NCBI RefSeq assembly: GCF_018350175.1
Contig: NC_058368.1
Location: 25,174,001 to 25,238,000, forward strand
DNA from: Felis catus
Taxonomy: Eukaryota
Length of the DNA stretch: 64,000 nt
Reading direction: 5' to 3'
Shown here: positions 24,884 through 36,320 of the stretch, one piece after another
Position numbering within the stretch: position 1 is the first letter of the stretch
Layout: each line of letters opens with the position of its first letter
Program-made: the position numbers and the translations under genes
The notes under the pieces: model-generated
Databases searched by the model: none
What the model was told of the DNA's origin: nothing
What the model saw: only the letters and a program-made list of their open reading frames with translations

Positions 24884-25028
24884 AATAAACATTAAAAAAC
24901 TAAAACCAAACAAAAAAAACAAACAAAAAAAACCCCAAATACTTTCCCAGCAATATCTGCACTGGTATTTGACCAAACATCTGAGTACTCTGGCCTAGCC
25001 AAGTTGACACCCGAAATCAACCATTACA
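24317..25028 (-). mobile_element. ERVL solo LTR (MLT2C/D-like), interrupted by a SINE
   Basis: tgtattagggttct...agaaccaatagga...gagatttattttaagcaactggctcatgcaattgtggga...actgattggatgaggcccac...gcctagccaagttgacac...aaccattaca. Confidence 0.88.
24670..24931 (+). mobile_element. SINEC_Fc with expanded (CT)n
   Basis: Head, B-box, long (CT)n and A-rich tail. Confidence 0.94.
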
Positions 25029-25505
25029 TCCATGACATCCAAAAAGATGAAATACATCAGTACAACCCCTCCCCGGCAAGCACCCACAGTGACAGATTTT
25101 TATTTCTGCTAGATCTTTGTGAGCAAATACACTTGGAACTTCCTCCAGCAGCCTGGAACACTCTGAGCAGCATGGTGCTGTGGGGAGAAGCTGAGATCTG
25201 GGGAGGTGAGAGAGAATGAAGGCTACACATCGCAACCCTACCTTTGCACGTGCTATTCCCCATGCCGCCAAGTCTGCTCCCCTGTTTCTCCTTGCTTTCC
25301 CAGTTCTTGCTCATTCTCAGGGAGGTCACTTCTTCTGGCAAGCCTTCCCTACCACCCCAAGATGATGTTGGTTTTCCTGTCAAATATCCTCTGGCCCCCA
25401 GCGCCTCCCCCATGCCTTGGCACCTCCCCCGTGTGACGTACTTGCTTAACAACTTGTCGGTTTCTCCCACTGAACTCTCAGTTCACTTCTGCACGGATGG
25501 ATGAG

Positions 25506-25836
25506 TGTTAGGGAATGCACGGTTGTACCTCCACCCCAAACTTGCACATTGAAACCCTAACCTCCAATGGGGTGGCATCGGGAGGCGGGGCCTTTGGGGT
25601 GGAGCCCCCACGATGGGATTAGTGTCCTCACAGGGGAGAGTCTAGCGCCCCCACTGCCATATGAGGATACAACAAGACGGCCACCCCGCAAACCAGCAAG
25701 AGGGCTCTCACCAGACACCAGTCCTGCCACACCTGGATCGCGGACGTCTCAGGCTCCCGGACTGTTGAGAAACAGATTGCTGCTTAAGCCACCCAGTTTA
25801 TGGCATCCTGTGACGGCAGCCTGAGTGAACCACGAT
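25506..25836 (+). mobile_element. MaLR solo LTR (MLT1A0-like)
   Basis: ttgaaaccctaacctccaatg...ggaggcggggcctttggg...atgggattagtg...ctctcaccagacacc...taagccacccagtttatggcat. Confidence 0.8.
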
Positions 25837-25945
25837 AAGCAAATGAGAGGAGTGGCTCTGTAAGGCTGAGGAGAAGGGCTTGTCATCAGGAAGCTGGTGG
25901 CAGGGGCTTTCCTCCGATGCAAGACCCAGGAACACTGCGCTCCAG

Positions 25946-26277
25946 TGTCTTAGTCTATTCGGGCTCCTATAACAGAGTACGACAGACAGGGCATCTGAGC
26001 AACAGCAGCAACTTATTACAGTTCTAGAGGCTGGAAGCCAAGGTCGGGGTGCCGGCGTGATCCGATGAGGGCCCTCTTCTGGGTCATGCGTCCTCACGTG
26101 GCATAGGGGGCACGGGAGCTCTTCAGAGCCTCCTTCATAAGACAGTAATCCCACACCTGATGGTTCCACTCGCGACTTAAACACCTCCCAAAGGCCCCAC
26201 CTCCTAACACCGTCACACTGAGCATTAGGATTTCAACCTATGAATTTGGAGGGGACAGAAACATTCAGACCATAACA
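25946..26277 (-). mobile_element. MaLR solo LTR (MLT1A0-like)
   Basis: tgtcttagtctattcgggct...acagttctagaggctggaag...aaaggccccacctcctaacacc...ggggacagaaacattcagaccataaca. Confidence 0.85.
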
Positions 26278-27102
26278 TTCGGGTTCCCTGGCACCAGGTC
26301 TGGGGCTTTGTCTCTTGCTCCCAAACAGCCTCCTTCCCACACTCCACCTCTGCCCTTCTCATCTGCATGAGAGCGTCACCACGTAAAGAGCTGAGTGTGG
26401 CCAGCAGTGTGCCAGGACCTGGTCCTGGGGGGCGGGTGGGGGAGGGCAGGCTCACATGCTCCGTCTGGGTCTAGCCAATCTGCTTCTGAGAGCAGAAGGT
26501 ACCGACAGCAAGGCCCGGGGGCTCTCTTACTTCCCAGCCGCCCCTACAGGAGCCTGGAAGGCATGGGTGGGCCTCCGTACACAGTTTTCCTTCTCCTCCC
26601 CAGAACAGTCTGTGGCCTTACATTTCCCGCCCCGGAGAGGCGCAGCACCTTTATTTGCTACCTGCAGTCGAGCCTGTGACGATCCCCAAAACTTTCTCTG
26701 ATTGTGTCCACGCCCTGTGTGTGTCATCTGCAAAGGCTTTTGTATCACTGGAGCATCAGAAAAATCCCAGGGCATTCCTGCTTCCGAGTCCTGGGGCCTC
26801 AGGCCTCGTTCTTAGCACTTCGCTGTCTCGCCAGGTTGCTCTTTAATGTAGGGGTGTATGTGTGGTGGTGAGGGGGGTGTGGGTGCATGCGGGTATATAT
26901 GTATGTATGTGTATGTACGTATACGTGCGTGCCACAGAGAAGCGTGGCATTAAGGAAGTCATACCCCGGTCCTAGTGATCCCGTATCATGATAACGATCG
27001 GTATAATCATTATAATGTTAGCCACCCACTGCTCCAGAATGCCTGTAAGGATTAATGGCAGACTGTGAACAAAGTGCCACGGGTTCTTGGGGAAAGTTCT
27101 TT

Positions 27103-27326
27103 TTTTTTTTTTTAATTTTTTTTAACATTTGTTTATTTTTGAGACAGGGAGAGACAGAGCATGAACGGGGGAGGGGCAGAGAGAGAGGGAGACACAGAAT
27201 CCGAAACAGGCTCCAGGCTCTGAGCTGTCAGCACAGAGCCCGACGCGGGGCTCGAACTCACGGACCGCGAGATCATGACCTGAGCCGAAGTCGGCCGCTT
27301 AAGCGACTGAGCCACCCAGGCGCCCC
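27103..27326 (-). mobile_element. SINEC_Fc
   Basis: TSD tcttggggaaag(t/c)tcttt at 27085-27102 and 27328-27345. Confidence 0.97.
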
Positions 27327-28469
27327 GTCTTGGGGAAAGCTCTTTAGCAAGTACTGGTTTGAACCTCTTTCGGCAGGGGGGTGGGGGGAAGTATAAACTA
27401 GGAACGGAGCCACAACTTGGCCACCACCCTGCCCTGTCTTAGCTGTGGGGCCTTAGGCCAGTCTTACCACCTCTCCGATTCTGTTTTCTCATCCATCACA
27501 TAGCCTCACAGGGCTTAGACCTCTCTCCGGGGGCCGGGGGAGAACGAAAACGAGATCACGCGAGCGAACACCCTATGGAAACCAGCAAGTGGCACAGATT
27601 CCCAGGCTTGGTCCTGCCTTGTGAGCTCTCAGGCCAAGTTTCTACCTCAGCCAGCTTGGGGATCTGCCAGCAGCTCCGTCTCACAAGCGCCTATGTTGGC
27701 TCACACGTGACTCACTTCTGTCTCCGTCTGCACGGGTGACGGGAGGTGAGCTCTGGAGGAGAGGCTTTGGGCTAAAAGGAGCACATGGGGAGAGTGTGGC
27801 CCTGTTCTCTGAATGTGTCCTCGGCGTCCACGCCCGGGTGATGTGTCCCTCCCCCGTTGATAGCTAAGAACTCTCCTGAAAGTCCAGATGGTACCTTCCC
27901 ACGGGGCTCTAGTGTGGAGGCGCCCTCGGGCCCCGAAGCCTCTCGCAGCGGGACAGGCTGAACGCCCTCTGCTTCCCCAGAGACAGAATCGGCTGCCCTT
28001 TGGAAGACTTTCTCCAAGATGACCTCTGAGCCCTTCTGAGGTCAGTAGGGGTTGATGCCCACGAGGAGCAGGAGTAAAACCCCAAAGCAGCCAGCTCCCG
28101 GAGAAGAAGGGCTTGGGAAGAGAAACCTGTGCGACAACAGAGGCAGTCATCTCCTGTCCCACGCGGTGGCTTCACAGCCCTGAGATCCCCAAGCCGTTTC
28201 CCGAGGCACAAAGAAAACGTCCCCCATAAGGTTTCACCTAAAGGACACTAGAAGTACTTTTCCGGAACGTCTGTCTGTCCTATCAACAGAGCCTAATCAC
28301 GGTTTTCAAGATCTAGTTAGGCTGAAAACATTCATTTCCCTTAAGAAATGGTCACTGCCACCCCCCCCCCCCGCCCCGCCCTGGTCAGATTACAGTCCTA
28401 CCTCCATCCCTTCCAACTATCCTGCTTCACTAAGTTCCGAGAATCAGCATCATTGTCACTACCACGAAC

Positions 28470-28670
28470 ACTGATTAGCAACGACTCTATACCAGGCAAG
28501 GTGCTAAGGTACCTGAGTCTCTCTTTCAATTATTAGAATTGCCCTATGACAGAAGTTTTATTATTGGCCTAATTTTACAGGTGAAGCTCAGAGAGGTTAA
28601 ACAGCTTGCCCAAGGTGGCACAGCATACGAGCAGCTCCACTGGGATTCAAACCCCCATGCTCTTAACTTC
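28470..28670 (-). mobile_element. MIR
   Basis: attttacaggtgaagctcagagaggttaaacagcttgcccaaggtggcacagc...ctgggattcaaacccc. Confidence 0.75.
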
Positions 28671-29796
28671 TTCCCGATCTTACTTCTCTTGGGCACATCC
28701 AGGATAGTTCTTTACCCATATTCTCGTGGAAGCCAGCCAGAAGGGTACGAGCACGCCAGTCGTGCATTCCCTTTCTTTCTGACTCCGTGCCTGATTTCTG
28801 GAAAGTCTTTCCCAGGCCCTTTCAGGTGCTGTACGTGCAGACCCTCGTTTTAGCTAAAAGTTCCATGGAGACCATGAACCGGAGGGCCCAGGGGAAATCT
28901 GTTGCCTCTTATCTCCAGAGCCGCCTGCAACTGAATCAGTAGTGACAATGATGGCCAAATTGCAGCAGAATTTGTTCAAAGCAACCATTCTCGCCGACTA
29001 TCAATTCTAGACTCCCAGCAGTCACAGAGTATAGCAGCATATTATTTCTCTAAGGGGCTGCCTCTGACTTCAAGCTTAGGAATGGGGAAGTCAACTAGCT
29101 CCAGGCAAATGCTGGGCTCAAATTCCGGTCCTTCATTGGCCCATGTCACAGCTTTTTTCTATTTCCAGACGGTGATTTGCTCTGATTCCAGGGCGCATCA
29201 AAACCCCACGTCTAAGCCACTAAACACCAGCTGCTGGTGGCAGAGTTTGAAAAACGCCTCCCAGATTTTAAGTATCCAGAGTGGTTTGTGGCAGCACTAT
29301 ATCAGCTCGGTAACACACACAAGAGTCGAGATAGATGGGAGCTCCTGGTGCAAACCGTTCCTCACCCAGGCGCTGTGTGAAAGCTGACTCCGGAGCGAAG
29401 CAGAAGTTCATCCATCCATTCGGCCGACTGGCCGTTATGGAGCAACCCCACGCACCCTAGACAGGGCTGGGCTTGCCCGTCTCTCACCTCCCCTGGAAGG
29501 TGGACATGGGGCTAACAAGTGGGGGACCCCGGCGTCTCCCGGGAGGACGCACAGCTCAGTCTCCTGGGAAGGTCCGGAACACTAGCCATCACGAGCTAAG
29601 CTGAAGGCTTCTCAGCCGCCCCTGCGGAATTATGCCTTCAGCTGCTGCCCCAGGATTCCGCACTGGCTTGAGAACTTTGGGTGCTGTGGGTCAGGACCAG
29701 CTCAGGTAGGGAGCCCTGGGCTTGGCTGCCAACAGCAGCTTTAAATGGAAGTGCTTTTGGTTTTGTTCTTGCTGTACTTCCCCTCTATCCCTCCCT

Positions 29797-29835
<39 letters not shown>

Positions 29836-30047
29836 ACACACACATTATTTTTAAAATAACATTTTTCTAATTACAAACCCAGTACATATAGAAAACCACT
29901 AAGAAAAAGGTTACCCATAATCGAACCCAGAGTTAGCCACAATTAATATTCTGGTATCTGTACTTCTAGTACATTTTCAATGCAATATATGTGACTCTAT
30001 TTTTCTATAAGAAGAGCATTAGGGATATGCATATACAGTCTTACCTG

Positions 30048-30263
30048 TTTTTTTTTTTTTTTTCACAGACAGCATGCATGAATCAGGGAGAAGGCCAGAG
30101 GGGGAGAGAGACAGAGACAGAGAGAGACAGACAGAGTGAGTCTCAATCAGGCTCCACACTCAGCACAGAGCCAACACAGGGCTGGATCCCACCACCCTGG
30201 GATCCTGACCCACGCTGAAATCAAGAGTCAGATGCTCAACCAACTGAACCACCCAGGCACCCC
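30048..30263 (-). mobile_element. SINEC, older-type copy
   Basis: ...gctgaaatcaagagtcagatgctcaaccaactgaaccacccaggcacccc; T-run tail. Confidence 0.9.
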
Positions 30264-31159
30264 TGTTATTTTTTTAATAACATAAACAGTTTACAAGATC
30301 AGTCCACAGGTACGACCTTCCTGCGTAAGCAGTTTGGGCACCTTTCAGCCCCTGTATTCCCCGATTCAAGTCTCAGCCAGGCTACAAGAAGATGGGCCAA
30401 ATTACTGATACTCTCCTCACAATCACGAAGCCGCTGACTCTGCCCTTGGTCAGGACTCACGCCTGGAAATATCTCCATGAGACACAGCTCTCCATCTTCA
30501 GCGCGCATATACTATTTATCTGGGGTGTTTGTTACAATGTCAAGAGATACTCATTTCCTAGATCCACAGGCCCCAAAAAACATGTCTAGGGCCTGCAAAG
30601 ATTCCCAGACCATAGTCTATAAATTTCCAGTGTAGCCTTAAGTGTGGAATGAGAATTATGGGGTCCATTTAAAGGTCTCGGTTCTGTGGAGCCCCCAACA
30701 TGCCCATTCCCCCACCCTAATGCCCGGCAGCTCAGCCAATTATTTTAAGGCAACAGCCACTAAAAGGTCAGAGGTTATACAGGGTAGTCTCAGGATTTAT
30801 GTCCACTTCAGGACTCATTGACCCTCATCGACTTCTTTTATGAGTCAGGAGCAGGAAGGGACCATCAATATTGTCACAAGTGGGTTGGAAGCCCCCTCAT
30901 TCACCATGTGGGACATACCACTGGAGGTGTAGACAGAGGACACTCTGGCTTCAGAGGACCCTTACTCAACTAGGCTCCTTCAGATGAGAAATGGTTAGAA
31001 ATCTTAAACATATCCATAATTTGAGGTGTGTAATAACTATAACTGAACTTAATACATATTTTAGGTTCCCATTCCATCAAGAGTGGAAAGTTAACATTAG
31101 CCAACCTAAAGATTCCCTGCTTTTGCCCACAATTGTGTTCAAGTTTTGAGGGGCCAACG

Positions 31160-32325
31160 AAGTGATATTCTGGTAGATATTTAACAAGCAGCTCTTGTGG
31201 GGGGGGGGGGGGAGAAGCCTGCATACACATATGTACACAGGTTTAGTAACATAAAGGATGCATGACACAATTTTAATACAATAATAAAATATGCAATAGT
31301 TTTAGTTGTAAATTCCACACAGCCGCGCAGAATGCCTTCGCGGGGTTTGCTGAATTCTTGTACCCCTAGGCAACCTATGGGTGCAATTCAGCCACTATTT
31401 AATAAAATCAGATTACAATGAGAAGCCACCACACCACTGATGAATACGTGTGATTTCCATACGACTGTTGGTTGACAATTGCTTTTATGTTAATGAGACG
31501 CAAGTGAAACCACAAAGGTAAATGTCAGAATATCACTCACTTATCAGTGACGCGAACAACCTCTTGGCTGAACTGAGTAACGATTTTAGAATACTAAACT
31601 TCCCAACACTGTGTGCCATCCCACACAAAGTAACAGGTACACACACAACACACTTTTAAGTTTACTTTGCCTTATTAACATTTTCTCCATCACTTTCTTT
31701 AGTCTAGCCAATCAAAAACCCAGAAAATTGAGCCCTGGTTTCCAGCATTTGCCAATTTCCATGGTATAAATGCCCCCACCGTAGTTAATTTCAAGCTACC
31801 AAGGTGTCATTTTTCATGAAGCTGGGAGAAGATGCTTACCATTATTTCGTATTTCCACCATACAAAGATACAAATACAGATTTATTGATATGTGAATGAC
31901 CTCAAGAATACATGTAAGCAAAATAATCAGGAAGTGATGAGTTTGGAGTATTTATTACCTTTGTTCTTTTTTTTTTTCTTAAGTTTTATTTATTTTGAGA
32001 GAGAGAGAGAGCATGGGGGGGAGGAGCAGAGAGAGAGAGAGAGGGAGGGAGAGAACCCCAACCAGGTTCCACACCGCCCACGCAGAGCCCAATGCAGGGT
32101 TGATCTCAGGAACCGCGAGATCACGACCTGAGCCAAAATCAGAGGTGGATGCTTAACCAACTGAGCCACCCAACTGTCCCGTATTACCATTGTCCTTAAT
32201 ATAATTTACCTAATTATTTTACATAATTTAAACAATGGGTGCACTTCATAATCAGCTCACAAGATTCTTGAAATTTTAATAATTAGCCTTTGTGAGCTGA
32301 TACACAGAGAGCCTGTGTGCCGTCG
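31160..32325 (-). mobile_element. MER63-like (long form) hAT-Blackjack DNA transposon, interrupted by a SINE
   Basis: Reverse-complement similarity to 61357-61773 (e.g. ggaagtgatgagttt vs aaactcagcacttcc; tttcaagcta vs tagcttgaaa) with extra internal sequence; terminus agtgatattctggtagatatttaaca. Confidence 0.7.
31969..32180 (-). mobile_element. SINEC, older-type copy
   Basis: Diverged TSD tattacctttgttctt / tattaccattgtcctt. Confidence 0.92.
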
Positions 32326-32404
32326 ATGGTTGGATCTGGCGGGCATGCTTTCTAGCTGTTTTCATCTATCCATAATGACACAACTATTAAGAATTCTTGC
32401 TGCC

Positions 32405-32637
32405 GGAGCGCCTGGGTGGCTCGGTCGGTTAAGCGTCCGACTTCAGCCAGGTCACGATCTCGGGGTCCGTGAGTTCGAGCCCCTCGTCGGGCTCTGGGCT
32501 GACGGCTCGGAGCCTGGAGCCTACTTCCGACTCTGTGTCTCCCTCTCTCTCTGCCCCTCCCCCATTCATGCTCTGTCTCTCTCTGTCTCAAAAGTAAATA
32601 AACGTTAAAAAAAATTTTTTTTTAAATAAAAAAAAAA
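32405..32637 (+). mobile_element. SINEC_Fc, young variant
   Basis: TSD AAGAATTCTTGCTGCC at 32389-32404 and 32638-32653. Confidence 0.97.
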
Positions 32638-32859
32638 AAGAATTCTTGCTGCCATGTGGCGTCTGGCCAACAGCCTAAGCAGGTCACTGCTGTGTCCTGA
32701 CTTTTCTACACACACTATCTTCCCCAGGTCCATACGCTCTCTCTCAGCTCACTTCTGTGGATCAACGGAGATGCAGATTTTAAAACTCATTAGGAGAGCT
32801 GGAGAGTCTTTTCTCTAATGATATGCAGTGGTGACTTTCTGCTCTACTAAGTGTACTAA

Positions 32860-35200
32860 ATAGACCCATATCTATTTGAGTGTATTTTTGAACTCTGTGC
32901 TGTTCCACTGGCCTGTTTGTTTTGTCACACAGCAGAACCACATTGCTTTCATTACTTTAACTCATTCTTGGTTTTAAAACAAGTCGGTCAGCTAGTCTCG
33001 TTCACTGCCACTCACTTTTCCGTAATGTCCTGACTATAGTCGCGTGCTTTTTTTTTTATATACATAAACTTTTTAAATCAACTTGTTTGGTTGTGTTTAG
33101 CCTATTTTAACCCAATCACGCATTTGTGATGGCCTTCTTAAATTTATGGAATGTCAACATGTTTATCATAGTGAACCATCCTATTGAATAGATCATATTT
33201 TTTATTTATTCAATTCTTTGCGTTCTTCAGTAGCATTTTAAACTTTTTTTTTCCTTATAAGCTTGTGAATGTTTCTCGTAAACTGTATTCCTAGGTATTG
33301 TTTTTAATGTGTATAACTAGTTTGTGTTTGAACATATGAAAACTATTAATTTATATTTATTAAACCCGTGCTTTACTGAGTTCTTTACTGTTTATGGTAA
33401 TTTTCCAGTTAGTCCCTTCCTTTCCGAATCTTTATACCTCTCATTTTTTCTCCTGTCAAATTGCTTCGGCTATTTGCTGTGGAATCTTAAAGAATAAGAG
33501 TACAGTGAGCATTCTTGATCTGCTCCAGGTTTCAGTGATGTTTCCCAAGGTTGCCCATTATAAATGATACCAGCCTACTTGTTAAGAAAGTTTCTGTCTG
33601 GTTCTATTGCTTATAAGTCTTATTAAGATAGACTTCATACACCTTCGAAAGTGTGTAATTCAGTTGGTTTTCATATCTTCAGAGAGTTGCACACCCATTA
33701 CCACAAGCTAATTTTAGAACATTCTCATCACCCTCAAAAGAAACCCCATACCCATTAGAGAGCCCTGAATTCCCTCCTCCCCCCAGCCCCCCCAGCCCCG
33801 GAAGCCACTAATCGACTTTGTAGGATTTGCCTACTCTGGACATTTCATACAAATGGAATCATACAAGTTGTGTCTCTGGTGACTGGAATCTTTCAGTTAG
33901 GATAATGTTTTCAAGATTCATCTATGTTGGAACGTGTTAATATTCCATTCCTTTTGTTGCCAAATAATATTCCTTGAGTGGACATAGACGACATTTCGTG
34001 TATTTATTTGTCAGTTGATGGGCATTTGTTTTTTTCCAGCCTTCAGCTATTACGAATGATACTGCGATAAACATTTTTGTAAAAGTCTTTGTGTGAACAT
34101 AAGTTTTCACTTCTCTTGGGTATGTACTTAGTGGGTTATAGGGTAACTCCGTGTTTAACCTTCTGTCAGAATGTCATCCAAAGCAATTGCACCATTTTAT
34201 ATTTCCACCAGCAGTGTATGAGGGTTCCAATTTCCCCGTATCCTCACCAATGCTTATCATCTTTTTTACTTTACCCATCCTAGGGGGTGTGGCTTCTTAC
34301 TGTGGTTTTGAATTGCATTTCCCTAAGAGCTAGTGATGCTGAGCATCTTTTTACGTGCCTGTTGGCCATTTATATGTCTTCTCTTGAGGGATGCACCTTC
34401 CACTCTACCCATTTTTTTAAGTTTCTATGTAAATTCTGCTTGATTAGCATACAGTGTAATATTAGTTTCAGCCGTACCATATAGTGATTCAACATTTCTT
34501 TTTTTTTTTTTAATTTTTTTAACGTTTTTATTTATTTTTGAGACAGAGAGAGACAGAGCATGAATGGGGGAGGGGCAGAGAGAGAAGGAGACACAGAATC
34601 GGAAGCAGGCTCCTGGCTCCGAGCCATCAGCCCAGAGCCCGACGCGGGGCTCGAACTCACGGACCGTGAGATCGTGACCTGAGCCGAAGTCGGATGCTTA
34701 ACCGACTGAGCCACCCAGGCGCCCCGTGATTCAACACTTCTCCTTTGCCCGTTTTTAAATTGGGTTAGCTGTCTTTTCGTTGATGAGTCGTAAGAGTTCT
34801 TTACGTATTCTGGATACGAGTCCCTTAACCAGATGTATGATTTGGATACTTTTCTCTCATTTTCCACTTTATCAAACGTCTTTTCAACATCAAGGAAGAT
34901 CTTTTTGACCTACTTAAATGGTGAATCATTTAATAGCTTTCTAAATATTGAAACATCCTTACATTCCTGATATGAACCCTTTCTGGCCTAGGGATATAAT
35001 TCTTTCCACACACTGCTGCTATATACAACCTGCTACCATTTTATTCAGACTTTTACAATGACACTCATGAGATGAGCCTAGGGCTTTCTTTTTGTGTTAT
35101 CTTCATTACATTTTATTATTTTATTTAAGCAGGATGAAGGTCATTTGTTTGGTAAAGATCTTGGTAAAGAATCCCTCTGAAACCACCTGGCCTGTGGTTG
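32860..35200 (-). mobile_element. Composite of old L1M fragments; best part is an L1MB-like 3' end at about 33630-34865
   Basis: ttttagaacattctcatcaccctcaaaagaaacccc...ctggacatttcatacaaatggaatcatac...catttcccaccagcagtgtatgagggttcca-like...ttgcatttccctaa; AT-rich decayed L1 on both sides. Confidence 0.8.
34499..34725 (-). mobile_element. SINEC_Fc nested in a short carnivore L1 3' end
   Basis: TSD gtgattcaaca(t/c)ttc at 34484-34498 and 34726-34740. Confidence 0.97.
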
Positions 35201-36104
35201 CATCCTGGGGGAGCTCTGGGAGAGGAGGGAGCGACCACGATGTCTGTTGCTTCTTGGCAACTCATGTGTTCAGATTTTCCATCTTTTCTGAGATTCCTTT
35301 TGTTCGTTCATCGTTTTTAGAGAAAGCGGACACACATTCATACGGGCCGAAGCAAAGCACTGTTTATAATTTCTACCGATTTCCCCTCTGTCCGAGCTGG
35401 TTCTCATTTCACATTTTCACACCATCCTTCAGTAGTGGCTCCAGTCGGTCTGTGGGATGGCAACGTGCTGAATACAGAACGGGAAGGACCCGGAGGCTTT
35501 CGCAAGGCTCACCAAGGCTTCTGATCTCCGTTTTAGAATACTGCATTAGCCCACAGCATCCCCCCTCCCCTGCCCATTTCAAGACATGAACTGTGGCTCC
35601 TCGTAACAGCCAAGTGGCTTCCCTGGCTAGTGTACGAATGCCTTTGTCGAGAATTATCCTAACGGTCCGGAAGCTTTCGCTACTCTTCTTTCTGCCCAAG
35701 GACTGTACTCAACAATCCAAAAGACCTAGCCCTATAAACCTTACTGTCATCAGGTCAGGGCCCAGGGGCTAGAAGAAAGTAGGCTCCTATAACCCTGCCA
35801 CTTTATTGAATTTTCTTACTCTTTGTACTAATTCTCTGGTTGATTCTCCTGCATGATATCCCAATCTCTAGGAAAAGCATTTTCCCTTCCTGCTGCCTGT
35901 ATCTTCCAGAGTCAGCATGGACAGGCACAATTTCCACTGAAACTCAGCCTTGCTGTCCTTTAACGTTTTCATCTGCTGGCCTAGACCAATGCCTGGAACA
36001 TAGGGAATACCGGCCAGCAAATGTCATCGACTGGGTGACCTTACCTATGCTCAGGATTACCCGAAACACTAGGTATGAGAACACTTTTAAAAATGCTAGT
36101 GATG

Positions 36105-36320
36105 GGGGCGCCTGGGTGGCGCAGTCGGTTAAGTGTCCGACTTCAGCCAGGTCACGATCTCACGGTCCGTGAATTCGAGCCCCGTGTCAGGCTCTGGGCT
36201 GATGGCTCAGAGCCTGGAGCCTGCTTCCGATTCTGTGTCTCCCTCTCTCTCTGCCCCTCCCCTGTTCATGCTCTGTCTCTCTCTGTCCCAAAAATAAATA
36301 AAAACGTTGAAAAAAAAAAA
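36105..36320 (+). mobile_element. SINEC_Fc, young variant
   Basis: TSD TTAAAAATGCTAGTGATG at 36087-36104 and 36321-36338. Confidence 0.97.

Noticed and set aside
24331..24888. 185-aa ORF
   Set aside because: Chance read-through of an MLT2 LTR into a SINE.
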